A DNA stretch of 64,000 nucleotides. It comes from Zootoca vivipara (lineage: Eukaryota). Positions within the stretch are counted from its first letter, which is position 1, and the number at the start of each line of letters is the position of its first letter. The translations under genes and the position numbers were made by a program. A model generated the notes under the pieces. It was not told where the DNA came from. It ran no database searches and saw only the letters and a program-made list of their open reading frames with translations. Positions 1 to 12,400 of the stretch are shown one piece after another. The DNA is taken from NCBI RefSeq assembly GCF_963506605.1, contig NC_083288.1, positions 45,818,001 through 45,882,000 of the forward strand, given 5' to 3'.

Positions 1-80
1 AGACACTGCCATGTATTGCTGTTGTTCGAGAGATGCACCCCCACACTGAGCAAATTCCTCTGAGAGGCAGTACAAAATCT
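1..80 (+). other. IGHV: 3' end of an IGHV segment (partial, window edge) with 23-RSS
   Basis: Frame 2 reads DTAMYCCCSRDAP (FR3 end). Heptamer CACACTG 42-48, 23-nt spacer, nonamer ACAAAATCT 72-80. Confidence 0.75.
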
Positions 81-975
81 ACCCTCCAGAAAATGAGGGA
101 TCAGCCATGCAAGGGTTTTTTGTCTAGCCCAAAACAGAGTCCTCTTTCAGCCTCTCCATTTTTAAAACGACTCCTGGAAGACACAATGCAACATTCCTAC
201 TGTTCTTTTGCTATTCTTTAGAATAAAGATTCTCCACATATATCACACGAAGCACCCACATGTTATCCCAAGTGGTAGAGCATCCTGTGGGGAGGGAAGT
301 GGATCTGGCTGATGGGCTGGACCTAGAAGCGACAAGGTCCTACAGGCCACATAGGGAAACACATTCCAGCCAGACAAAGACACTCAATGAAGATGTGAAG
401 CAAAGCCTGGGAGTGGCATGGCCCAGAGAGAGGGTGTGGTGTGGTGGCATTGGAAGAGTCCTGAGGGCCAGGCAACGAAGCTTAGTGTGCCAAGGTCCAA
501 ACCTCTCCACTGCTCCCCTTCTAACCAGTGCCAGGTGATAGGAGCAATAGACTAAAGTGGATTTAGTGTATACATTGAGAAAACCTCTTAATCAATAAAC
601 GGGAACTGGAACAAGGTCCTGTGCCTATTGACTTGCTGGTATGTCATCTTTCCAGGGGTCACGTGTAAAGATGCATCCCATAGCTTTTTCCTGTTTCTTC
701 CATTTCAGGCCTTGGACTGACCAGGTTAAATTTACCTGAAAACTATTCAGATTAGATATAGAGATAGATTCTTCCGTTGCAGACTTGTCATGCTTTTATT
801 TCAAGTAAAATTTAACCTAAACCTGATTTTAAATCATATACATGGAAATAATCATTACCGCCCAATGCCATCTCATGGAAACAGTAAGAGACGGCCAATC
901 ATCTCTCCTCAATCATGAAAGCTGGAGAGGCTTCTGATTGCCAAAGGGCTGTGTTGCTCTTTTATCCTGAGCTTT

Positions 976-1009
976 ATGTAAATGTGCACTAGCCCTTCCC
1001 TGCCTATAA
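976..1009 (+). promoter_or_regulatory. IGHV promoter: variant octamer and TATA
   Basis: ATGTAAAT 976-983 (one mismatch to ATGCAAAT) and TATAA 1005-1009, upstream of leader ATG 1093. Confidence 0.7.
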
Positions 1010-1092
1010 GAGATACAGGTATAGAGATTCACAACCCTGTTAGCCAGTGTCAAGTTTCTTCTTAATTTGCCTCAAAACATCAGTGGAGCGAA

Positions 1093-1671
1093 ATGCTTCT
1101 GTGGATTTGTTTTGGTTTGTTTTCAGCAGCCATCAGAGGTAATTATCCATTAGATGCAGTTAGTATGCAAAAAATCAGTATGTTCTAGGGGCTAATGCAG
1201 GGACAGGGAAACGGTGACCTTTCAGGTGTCATTAGTCTGCTGACACTCCCATAATTCTGGACCGCTGGCATTCCTGACTGGGGGTGATGGGACTCTAACA
1301 ACAACTAGAGGGCTACAGGTTCGCGTATTATTAATCTGAAGCAGAATTTATGGCATCTCTTTCCTTCTAGGTGTCCAATCAGAGATTCAACTGGAAGAAT
1401 CTGGAGGGGATGTAAAAAGGCCAGGAGAGTCTCTCCGCCTCACCTGCCGAACCTCTGGGTTCACCTTCAGCAGCTACCAAATGAGCTGGGTGCGACAGGC
1501 TCCTGGAAAGGGCTTGGAATGGGTTGCCTTTATTGATGTCACTACTATATACTATGCTGATTCAGTTAAGGGTCGATTTACTATCTCCAGGGACAATTCC
1601 ATCAGCACACTCTACTTGCAGATGAATGGTTTGAAGGTGGAAGATTCAGGCTTGTACTACTGTGCTAGAAA
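1093..1671 (+). CDS. IGHV: Immunoglobulin heavy-chain V gene, clan III-like, apparently functional (leader 1093-1138, V exon 1371-1671)
   Basis: Leader [20 protein letters not shown] intron, then [22 protein letters not shown]...[13 protein letters not shown]...RFTISRDN...YYCAR, open throughout. Confidence 0.95.
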
Positions 1672-1710
1672 CACAGTGACTGAAAAGCTATCAGTCAGTG
1701 GACAAAATCT
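1672..1710 (+). other. 23-bp-spacer recombination signal sequence
   Basis: CACAGTG 1672-1678, 23 nt, ACAAAATCT 1702-1710. Confidence 0.92.
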
Positions 1711-1845
1711 TCAGTCTTCTTGACTGCACTTTTTCTGTTCATGGCAAGGGGGAAGCAGACACACAGCAAACACAGGAGGCAAACCACAAAGAAATGTATA
1801 CAGCACAGATGCATGTAGCCCAGCAGAGTTCAGCAGCAAAACATA

Positions 1846-2124
1846 CATAGCCGCCAAGTTTCCCATTTTTCACGGGAAACCCCCGGATTTTAATCCGTTT
1901 CCCGCTGTTCTCCCGAATGGAAAGAAAATCCTGGAAATCCCCCAGATTTCCTACCTGCCAGAGGCTCCATTTCGGGTGCCACTCTGCCCATGTCTGGGCA
2001 CCGGAAATCGGGCAGAGCGGCACCGGAAGTCGCTTCTACGCATGTCCAGGCATGCGTAGAAGCGACTTCCGGTCCCGCGCCGCTGCTGATCCCGCATTTT
2101 TCAGCGGGAGACTTGGCAGCTATG
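1846..2124. mobile_element. Non-autonomous hAT-like MITE, copy 1
   Basis: TIRs CATAGC(C/T)GCCAAGT...ACTTGGCAGCTATG and 8-bp TSD AAAACATA. Same family at 27217 and 38478. Confidence 0.85.
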
Positions 2125-2649
2125 AAAACATATAATATTGTGGGATGTCATCACCATCTGATTTCTAAAAAGAGGGATGAGTTTGAACCTCAGATGTGGA
2201 AAACGTCCGCAGAATAATATTTTGAACTGTGGGATAGATGTCAGTGTGTTCCATGTTGTCCTCCATTTCCCATGAAGAGATTTTTGATGGATCAGGACAA
2301 GGTTCAAAGAAGTCCAGAATCCTTCTGCTCTCACAACAGTCAAAAGAAATGAGACAGTTTGTGATTTTGAAATTATTAGTTGGCACTGTGTATTCATAAG
2401 GTGATTCAGGTCAGTTTGTGACAGATGCCTCAGACTTTGACTTCAGGCTTTGCACTACTGATACCAATAAATTTAGAAAAACAAGTTGTTGTTTTTTAAA
2501 AAGTTGAATGTAAAGTAAAAAGTTTATACACTGTTTAATTGTAAATAAATCCTTCTGTTTTGTTTCTTTGCGTGTCCACTGCTCTGGGTTACTGGGGGAA
2601 TTGCATGCACATAAAGTTGATGGTTGGCTGCTAAAGGACCTTGTGTGGT

Positions 2650-2965
2650 CCTGCCATGGCCCTAGCCCCTCAAGCGGACTTCGGACGAGATCCAGGACCA
2701 CCAGATTCCTTTACCGGAATACCCTTATTCATGGAGGGGAAGGTGATGGCCGCACCTCCCCTCCCACACACTTCAATAAGCCAATGCCTAACTGCCTAAC
2801 CTTACAAAGTTGTGACGATTGCTTAAGGGGGTAGGCGAAAACCAAGTGGCCACAGCCAATCTGCCACAATGGGGGGGGGGAATCCTACCCAGCCCCTGTT
2901 CCAAAACAAAGCAAGGCCAAAGCAGCACCGCCTAAAACTAAGGAGGGAGGGAGGGTGTTTGGCAG
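2650..2965 (-). mobile_element. Diverged remnant of the 3' terminal region (spacer plus B-repeat start) of a Ngaro/DIRS-type element
   Basis: 2781-2843 CCAATGCCTAACTGCCTAACC...AAGTTGTGACGA...GGTAGGCGAAAACC closely matches the reverse complement of 15902-15961. Flanks also align patchily. Confidence 0.7.
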
Positions 2966-3150
2966 CGCAAGGAAGTCATGCATCTTTAATTGGTTTAAAT
3001 GCCTTTCAAAAAACATGTCACCTCACCTGCCGAAAGATCAAACAGAAAAAGGTCAAAACGTTAAAAGACTGCAGACATGATTTAAGAAGTTATCTTGTTA
3101 TACATCTTGAGCACCTAAAGTTATAACTCAGAGGAGATTCTTAAATGTGA

Positions 3151-3312
3151 AGGGCCATAGCTCAGTGATAGAGTACAACCCTTGTATTCAGGTGATGCCC
3201 AGTTCCAAGCTCAGCATCTCTCTGTAGGGCTGGAACTGCTGCTGACATTTACTGTATACAATACTCAGGTAGATGGACGAATGGTCTGGTTCATAATAAG
3301 GCGGATTCTTAT
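3151..3312 (+). mobile_element. Decayed tRNA-derived SINE
   Basis: GGGCCATAGCTCAGTG A-box head, degenerate B-box, and a body resembling squamate tRNA SINEs. Confidence 0.55.
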
Positions 3313-3343
3313 AAGGCTGAATGTGTCTGCCCTATGGAGAAAT

Positions 3344-3375
3344 ATGCAAATAGTGGTAGAAGACACTTCTATAAA
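3344..3375 (+). promoter_or_regulatory. IGHV promoter: canonical octamer and TATA
   Basis: ATGCAAAT 3344-3351 and TATAAA 3370-3375. Confidence 0.85.
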
Positions 3376-3485
3376 TCAGCCTTGTTCCAGTCAAACAACA
3401 TTAGGTGGATCAACCTTCACCTCCCCATTTCAGAAGAAAATATCAAGAAATCACTTTTAGAATATCTCCCAAACGCTTAAAAATA

Positions 3486-3988
3486 ATGACACTTTGGCTT
3501 CATTTGATGATTCTCATTACAACGTGGGAAGGTAGTTTCCTCCTTTTTAAATATGGGGAAAAATTATTTTCCTTGGCTGTAATTATAAACAATATCTTAC
3601 ATACTGATCTTTACTGTGAATGAAGTAATTTAATTTCTCTGATCATAACTGCTGCTGTTTTCATTTTTCACATTTCCCTTGCAGGTTTATATTCACAAAG
3701 TGTTGTTCTGACACAACTGGGTTCAGAACTGAAGAGACCCGGAGAGTCTGTCAGACTGAAATGCGCCACCAGTGGGTTTGTCCTGAATGACTTTTATATG
3801 GGATGGATAAGGCAGAAACCAGGGAAGGGACTGGAATGGCTGGTGAGTTACTGGAAATCTTCAGAAACCAATTACTATTTGCCTGCCATCCAAGGACGCT
3901 TCACGGCCTCCAAGGACAGCTCCAATTTTTATCTGCAAATGAACACTCTGACTCCTGAAGACACTGCTGTCTATTACTGTGCGAGAGA
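3486..3988 (+). CDS. IGHV: Immunoglobulin heavy-chain V gene, divergent family, apparently functional (leader 3486-3531, V exon 3685-3988)
   Basis: Leader [20 protein letters not shown] intron, then [21 protein letters not shown]...[13 protein letters not shown]...[10 protein letters not shown]. Confidence 0.93.
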
Positions 3989-4027
3989 CACAGTGAGAGA
4001 AAATGCATATGTGATCATTCAAAAACT
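3989..4027 (+). other. 23-RSS
   Basis: CACAGTG 3989-3995, 23 nt, TCAAAAACT 4019-4027. Confidence 0.9.
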
Positions 4028-4226
4028 CTTGTGGCGAAGCAACTCTAGAAGGCATTGTCTAGTGGGGGAGCACAAGAGGCACTGTCGTCAGAACTGAGGG
4101 GACTTTTTGTCTTTTCACCGAAAAATAACACGGAGATTCTTTTTCTCCCATCTCCCACATGGGATAACACAGGAAGCAGATGGCCTACAAATTTCACCAG
4201 AGCATGACATCATATGAATGAATAGA

Positions 4227-4300
4227 TTCTTCTTCTTCTTCTTCTTCTTCTTCTTCTTCTTCTTCTTCTTCTTCTTCTTCTTCTTCTTCTTCTTCTTCTT
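4227..4300. repeat. (CTT)n microsatellite
   Basis: Perfect trinucleotide run. Confidence 0.95.
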
Positions 4301-4477
4301 CGCACTGTCCTCTATCTGAAGATTAAAGAAAATTAAGGTGGTGGTGGTGGTTTAAAAAAAGAGGTTGTGCTGCTGGTTTTTAACACCCACAAAGCGCAGA
4401 GTATAACTCACAAAGCACATCTTTGTCAGTGGCAAAATATTACTACTGCATATATCAGGTTTACATAATATGTATCA

Positions 4478-5362
4478 TTAGAATCATAGAATCATAGAGT
4501 TGGAAGAGACCATGAGGGCCACCCAGTCCAACCCCCTGCCAAGCAGGAAACACCATCAAAGCATTCTTGACATATGCCTGTCAGGCCTCTGCTTAAAGAC
4601 CTCCAAAGAAGGAGATTCCACCACACTCCTTGGTAGCAAATTCCACTGCCGAACAGCTCTTACTGTCAGGAGGTTCTTCCTAATGTTTAGGTGGAATCTT
4701 CTTTCTTGTAGCTTGAATCCATTGCTCCGTGTCCTCTTCTCTGGAGCAGCAGAAAACAACCTTTCTCCCTCCTCTATATGACATTCTTTTATATATTTGA
4801 ACATGGCTATCATATCACCCCTTAACCTTCTCTTCTCCAGGCTAAACATACCCGGCTCCCTAAGCCGTTCCTCATAAGGCATCGTTTCCAGGCCTTTGAC
4901 CATTTTGGTTGCCCTCTTCTGGACATGTTCCAGCTTGTCAGTATCCTTCTTGAACTGTGGTGCCCAGAACTGGACACAGTACTCCAGGTGAGGTCTTACC
5001 AGAGCAGAATACAGTGGTACTATTACTTCCCTTGATCTAGATGCTATACTCCTATTGATGCAGCCCAGAATTGCATTGGCTTTTTTAGCTGCTGCATCGC
5101 ACTGTTGACTCATGTCAAGTTTGTGGTCTACCAAGACTCCTAGATCCTTTTCACATGTACTGCTCTCAAGCCAGGTGTCTCCCATCCTGTATTTGTGCCT
5201 TTCATTTTTTTTTTTGCCCAAGTGTAGTACTTTACATTTCTCCTTGTTAAAATTCATCTTGTTTGCTTTGGCCCAGTTGTCTAATCTGTTAAGGTCATTT
5301 TGAAGTGTGATCCTGTCCTCTGGGGTATTATCCACCCCTCCCAATTTGGTGTCATCTGCAAA
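4478..5362 (-). mobile_element. 5'-truncated CR1 LINE
   Basis: ORF 4556-5344 is the CR1 RT C-terminus (LQNDLNRL...[12 protein letters not shown]...[13 protein letters not shown]), with a (TGATTCTA)n 3' tail. Confidence 0.95.
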
Positions 5363-5960
5363 CTAAGCCTAGAAGATCACTGGAGCAACCTGGTCAAAGT
5401 CAAAGAAAGTATGAAGAGTGAATGGAGCTCCAAGGCAGAAGGTTACTCCAGAACCAAAACTAATCACCTAATGAGGGCAATGGACTTTTTGATTTTAAGT
5501 ACACATTACATAAGAACATTTCATCCTCACATATCCCCCATCCAACTTAGCCTATTATATTTCAGTGCTTTCACTATTCAACCAGATACATTTATTCAGC
5601 AGCAGCAGCAACAGAATCAGTAAACAAAGATTGTGCGTAAGTTCTTTCTCCTTCTTCTTCATTTGGGACCATGATATAAAAAGACTTCTGCATTGATTGA
5701 CTCTCTTCTGAAGCAAATGAGCCATAGTTGACCTAAAAGAAAATGATAATTTAGAAGAACATCTGCATAAGAAATTTGTAGGTACAATTTGAATTAGTAA
5801 AAAAACCCAAAAAACAAAAACCCACTGGCTGAATTTCTAGTTATGGAGAAATAATGAAATTTCCAAGTTATTTCTCTCACACACTAATATTTATCTTTTC
5901 CTTCTGAATCAAAGAATTACAAAAGAAACTTCCCCGCATTCCCCTATGCACTGATTCTAC

Positions 5961-6236
5961 CTGTGGGACCCTGTAGAGACTTCAGACATCTGCCATGTGG
6001 ATAGAAGTGTCAGTAAGACCCCCAAATCACAACCATGAGGTTTTTCTGAGTGTCACATTTGTAGTTGGGGACAAATCTTTGCCATTTGAAAAGAAGGTCC
6101 AAAGTGGTTTGATAGGTCATTCTCCCATCAGAATAGCTGTCATAGATGTGGAAACCAAGGGTGACATTGGGCAAGGTCTATGGATTGTCATTGATCTCTT
6201 TTATGGCAAACACCAAGGCCAGGATGTTCTGATAGA
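5961..6236 (-). pseudogene. Orphan V2R exon 2 relic
   Basis: Reverse strand reads [33 protein letters not shown]...NYKCD...YRVPQ followed by GT, with a stop and a frameshift. Confidence 0.85.
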
Positions 6237-6489
6237 AAGTGCAAAGGAGAAACCCAGAAAAGAGCAGGGGTGTCAAAGATACACTGCAGATCGCAACTAC
6301 CATTGCTCTCCTCTATCATACTGTAAATTATATTTTGACTGAATATGTTTTATGAACAGGGCATAACAGTCTGATGCATTAAAATATCTTCCCTATTGAC
6401 ACTTTAACTACAAAGTTCACAGTAAAGAATGTATTCCTGAACACTATCTACATAACAATATAACCCACATAAAGTACAGCTATCCATTA

Positions 6490-9400
6490 TTATTTCCTGC
6501 TAAGCTGCTCCCTGCAGTTCAGTTCAGGTTTCAAGAGGATGATGTAGCATTTAGGGAGGAAGATACAAGCCAGTACACCAGCACTGGAAGCCAAGATGGA
6601 GAAGACCTCCACAGCCACCATGTGTTTTCCTCTTGTGCTTAGATAGGTTGGAACAAAAGAGACCCACACACTGCAAAATGCCAACATGCTGAATGTTATA
6701 AATTTAGCTTCATTAAAACTGTCTGGTAACTTGCGAGCAAGGAACGCCTCAATGAAGCTGGCAATGGCCAAAAGACCTAAGTAGCCCAGGACACAGTAAA
6801 ACATTGCAACAAGCCCTTCATTACATTGCACTATAATTTCTTCAGTTACTGAATACATGTCTAAATGGGGGAATGGGGGAGAGGTTGATAACCACACAGC
6901 ACAAATGCCTACTGGAATAAGGGAGCATGAAAGGACAATGGAAAAAGCCAGTCTTCTCCCCAGCCATTTCTTCATTCCAGAGCCAGGCTTTGAGGCCATA
7001 AATGCCAGAGAAACAATGGTTGTTTTTGCCAGAACGCATGAAACAACCACTGAGAAGATAATGCCAAATGTTGGTTGTCGGAGAAGGCAGATCGTTTTCC
7101 CAGGTTGGCCAATGAATAACAAAGAAGAGAGGAAGCAGAGCAGGAGGGAGATGAGGAGAGTGTAGGTAAGTTCCCGGTTGTTGGCTTTGACTATGGGGGT
7201 GTCTCTGTGCTTAATAAAAGTTCCTAGAATCAAGGCCGTGATCAGAGAAAAAGAAATTGCAAGTGAGGCTAAAGTGATCCCTATTGGTTCTTCATATGAG
7301 AGAAAAGTTTTGACTTTGGGGATGCACCCATTTTTATTCTTGTTTGGATATTGATCTTCTGGGCATCTGAAGCAGTCATCCATATCTGAAAAATAGAACA
7401 AGGGGTGTTGGAGAGAGAGAGATCTAGCTTCAGTGTATATTCATTGAGGGCATCTAATTATGATGGCAAAATGACATGATATACCAGTCAGGTTTGAAAT
7501 CTTCCCTTCTGGGCATGGGGTGCAATCATAGCAGCAAAACTTTTCTCCTTCCTTTTTCTTCTTCTGATGACCAGGCTGGCAGTGATCATTACACATAGAA
7601 AGAGGAAGCACCTATCCATAGACATGAAAATGTTTATGTTGGGTGGCATTTGGGGGGGGGGGAGCTTGTCTAGCCCAGTAGCATGCCTGGTAGCTCATGA
7701 AGAAATAGTATTCCTTCATTATCAGCACCCTTGACCCACCCTTCAGCATATGTTCCCAGAGTAGGGTATATTCAGAAGTAATATAATAAGTTTAAACAAT
7801 ATACTAAATGCATTTCTCCCCATAAGAATTGAGATACTTGGCATGGCAACCTTTCATATAGTGTTGAAGTTTTAGGTGGCACTGACTGCTTTCCAGAACT
7901 TAATGATTCACCAGAAAACCATGTTAGGTAAAGGTAAAGGGCCCCCTGACCTTTAGGTCCAGTCGTGACCGACTCTGGGGTTGCGGCGCTCATCTCGCAT
8001 TATTGGCCGAGGGAGCTGGCATACAGCTTCCAGGTCATGTGGCCAGCATGACAAAGCCACTTCTGGCGAACTAGAGCAGCGCACAGAAACACTGTTTACC
8101 TTCCCGCCGGAGCAGTACCTATTTATCTACTTGCACTTTGACGTGCTTTCGAACTGCTAGGTTGGCAGCAGCTGGGACTGAGCAACGGGAGCTCACCCCG
8201 CCACAGGGATTCGAACCGCCGACCTTCTGATCAGCAAGCCCTAGGCTCTGTGGTTTAACCCACAGTGCCACCTGCGTTCCCCCCCCTTTCTTTTGGCATT
8301 GCAACCTTTCAAATAGTGTTGAAGTTTTAGGTGGCACTGACTGCTTTCCAGAACTTGATGATTCACCAGAAAACCATGTTAGGTGTTAATAATAATAATA
8401 ATAATAATAATAAAGCCACTTCCGTGCCTTTGCCGGAGGTGGAGTTGTGGGCAGCCCGACGAGCCCATTGCGTGGGGGCTGCAGTGTCAGCCCCTACGCA
8501 ATGGTAGTGCCCGCCTGCGTCATCCGCCCCCTTGTCCAATAGGGATGAGGGGGCGGGGCCGCAGCGTTTAAACCCCTTCGCGCGGCCGGGGCCCGTTCTC
8601 TTTCTCCTTGTTCGCCGGAGCGAACAGAAGCACTCGTCGCAGTCCTTGGTTTTTTTTTGCCTTTGCCTCGTGCCTTCGCTTAATTTAGGTCCCGTTCATT
8701 GTTTCCCCACCTCGTTCCTCTTTTCTCTTCCTTTCCAGGTCCTGCCTCGTGGGAGCGTCGGGGGCTTTCTCCGCTCGGCAGTTCTTCCTCGCTCATCAGC
8801 TGTTCCTGGCAGCTGCGTCTTTAGCGCCAGTCAGCTGTTTTTCGGATCTGAGGCTCCCGCAGCCTTTAGGAGCTCACAGCCGCGGCGGATCCTGGGCGCC
8901 AGCAACGGAGGAACGCTAGCCAGCCGTATCCGGGCCCAAGGCTCCCACAGCCTCCAGGAGCCTTTTAGCTGCTGAGGTTCCAGCTGCTCTGGGGGCAGAG
9001 TTAGAGGCGGCTGCCTCCTCTCCCCGCTTTTACACAGGGACCTTTGTGCCAGGGATCTCCTCGGTCTGGTGAGTTAGCCGCCTATAGCGGTAAGAATCCC
9101 CCCAGCGCTTCTCTGCCTCCCTCTCGTGAGCTAGCCACTTTAGCGGTGGAAATCCCCCCAGCGCCTGCCTTCCTCCCTCTCGTGCTAGCGCAAACAACCC
9201 CTGAGCCTTAGCCATCTGCCCCCGGTTCTCCGCCTGGGGTTCAGCTTATGTACTTTGCCCTACTGGTTGCTATCCTAGTTTCTTGTTGGTTTGTATGGTG
9301 GTGGCTTGGGAGCGCGTGTTGTGTTAACCCCCCTTTTTCAGTGCGATCTCTGTTTGTTTTGTTTACCCAGCGCCATTTTGGGGAGGGCAGTGCTTGTGGT

Positions 9401-12400
9401 TTTTGTTCAGTGTGGTCGGCACCATTTTGGGAAGGGCTGTGTTTGTGGCTTTGCATAGTATAGCCGGCGCCATTTTGGGAAGGGATTGCTTGCTGTTTTG
9501 TCCTGCCTGGCCAGCGCCATTTTGGGGAGGGCAGTGCTTGTGAGGGCAGCGCCATTTTGAGTGGCTAATTCTTCCACGTGGCGGGCGCCATCTTGTGTGC
9601 GGCTTTGTTTTGTCGGTACTAGCAGCTCACTGTTCCTCCCTTGTATTGGTTCTCATTGCGCCCTGGTTTTTTAACTTATGTTACCCTGTCTTATCCTGGT
9701 GTTTTGAATTAATTCGTTGCATTTATTTAATTCGTGATATTCCCCAAGTGCATTTATTAATTATTGGTAACTGGTTTCTTTTTGGGCAGTTGGTTTTAAT
9801 TGATTGGGCGGACTGTTTTTGGTAATTTTACCAGGCAATTAATTATATATAGAAAAATAAATAAATAAATAAATTGGTATTGGGCAAATAGTTATATCTG
9901 CCCCTAGCTGAAATTAATTTGGGGTTGATTATTATTGGTTGGCATTGTTTCCGCCTTCTGAAGTGTGGATAAATAGATCTATTATATAGGGAATTGATTG
10001 CAGTATATAGAAGTAGCTGAGTGTTTATTGTATATTTTATCAGGGTTGCATTTACTTAATTCGTGATATTCCCCAAGTGCATTTATTAATTATTTGGTAA
10101 ACTTGCTTCTTTGGGCAGCTGGTAATAATTGATTGGTTACAGGCGTATACATAGATAAATTTAGTTANNNNNNNNNNNNNNNNNNNNNNNNNNNNNNNNN
10201 NNNNNNNNNNNNNNNNNNNNNNNNNNNNNNNNNNNNNNNNNNNNNNNNNNNNNNNNNNNNNNNNNNNNNNNNNNNNNNNNNNNNNNNNNNNNNNNNNNNN
10301 NNNNNNNNNNNNNNNNNNNNNNNNNNNNNNNNNNNNNNNNNNNNNATACATATCGTAGTTATATAAGTGAGGGAGTTAATTCCATAGCATTTGTCAAAAG
10401 TCCTTGCGACCATGGCTTCCAAGGGCAAGCAGGGCCAGGCCAAAAACCTGGCAGCTAAGGTAAATCCTAAGGCTTTCGCCCAGGCGGTAAATGCATTGCA
10501 ATCCATTTGTGGCCAGCTGGGCCCTCTCTGCAGCACGCTGGTCCCACTGGCCGAAAGCCTACAGGATGACTCCCCACCCAATTCACAGGATTGTGTAGCA
10601 GATACCCAGCTTGATGACCTGGATGGGCCGTCCACCTCCGCTTCCTTTTTCTCTACCTCCACCTCTGGGGGGGTTAGCGACGGGGCTCAGGGACCGCGCA
10701 CCCGGTCGCAGAAAGCACGCTCCAATACTCCCGGCCAGCAATCAGTGGCTTCAGGGTCTCAGGTGCTCAGCTCCTGCAGCGGGGCAGCCCAGTCTGTTGC
10801 AGGTCAGATGGGGACTCAGCCCGCGGTGGCAGCGGCTCAGCAGGGGGCGCAGGCGCGCGATTCGACCACGGATGACGAGGCGGCGGGGCGCGCGGTGGGC
10901 GGAGTTGCGGAGTCGCGGGATGGAGAAGACCGTCGCCAGGGAGGAAAGGCGAAGAAGAAGTCGGAGAAACGTAAGAGGAGCAGAAGGGACGATTCGGACG
11001 ACGACACAGGTACGTCCTCGGATTCGGAATGCGACATCCCAATGGAGGATTATTGGGGTGTGGGGGAGGACCAGATGGGTTTCCCCCTTTGGGTGCATAA
11101 AAGGAGGGCCAGCTCCCATCGTAAGTCATTTAGGGGTACGCTGGAGTGGCGCGACGGTGCGTTAATTCCCGACGAAAAGTATGCCACAAATTCGGACACG
11201 GATATCCTTTTGGGTTCTCATCTGTCAGATAAAAAGAGGGAAAAAATTTTAAATGGTGACTATATTGATGTGTTCACCATTCTTCCCCTGACTCAGATGA
11301 TGGGAAAGGGGGAGAAGCGCCGGGATTACAGGGGTCGGCGATATAGGACACCTCGGGCCGACCGCACTTTTGAAAATTGGTTAGAGGGCATTCACATTTG
11401 GGCGGCCGTGATTTCTGCGGCATACCCAAAGCGAGCGGTGCACCTATTTGCTTACATGGCCGACGTCAGGTTGGCTCACAAGATGGCGGGGGAGACGGCA
11501 GCTTTGAACTACGACGAAGACTTCCGTAGGAATGCTTCAAAAAACCCAAAAACGCGTTGGGACCAACGGCACCAACACTACTGGAGTAACCATGTAGTGC
11601 CGTATGTTGAGAAAAAACAAACTGACCCCCCGAAAGCGGGCAGGTTTGAGCCTAAAAAAGACCCACGGCGTAGGGTCTGTTGGGAGTTCAATAAAGGTCT
11701 TTGCCAGAGGCCCAACTGCAAATACACTCACGAATGTGAGAAGTGCCTGGGTCAGCATCCGGGGGTATCTTGCTTCAAGGGAAAGCAGTCCTTTCGGGGG
11801 GCCAAGGGCAATTCTCACCAGGGCCCCAGATACCCCCCCGGTGCCTCCCACGGTGCAGCCTCAGGACAGAATAGATTCTAACTGTTCTCTAGCCATAGCC
11901 AACTCCCCTGTAAAATTGAACCCCTTAAAAAAGTTGCTAGCCCTATACCCTAATAGATCTGCTGCAGTGTACCTTGAAGAGGGTTTCTCTTCTGGTTTTC
12001 GCATCCCCGTTCAGACCCCACCTTCCACAACCGACCCACCAAATCAAAAGTCAGTTAGGGAGTGTCCTGACATAGCCGTTAAGAAAATAAATAAGGAACT
12101 ATCGGCGGGCCGGGTCGCGGGCCCATTTTTAACTCCACCTATAGCCAACCTTCACATTTCCCCGCTAGGCATAGTTCCTAAAAAGGCCCCAGGAGAGTTT
12201 AGGTTGATTCATAATCTTTCTCACCCTAGGGGTAGCTCAGTTAATGACGGTATCCCGCAAGAGCTTTGTACGGTAAAATACGCCTCCTTTGACCACGCGG
12301 TGAAGCTGGTTCGCCAGTTTGGCGAAGGGGCCATGATGGCGAAGTGCGATATCGAATCTGCCTTCCGCCTCCTTCCTGTACACCCCCACGACTACAAATG

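Noticed and set aside
1093-4027. Possibility that the V segments are TCR or light-chain V
   Set aside because: ATGCAAAT-orientation octamer, [12 protein letters not shown] and YYCAR motifs and the 23-RSS all fit IGHV.
8190-8283. tRNA-like A/B boxes
   Set aside because: Head of a Sauria SINE, not a tRNA gene. The same applies at ~21720-21804 and ~3151.
10052-10366. ORFs spanning X runs
   Set aside because: They cross the assembly gap.
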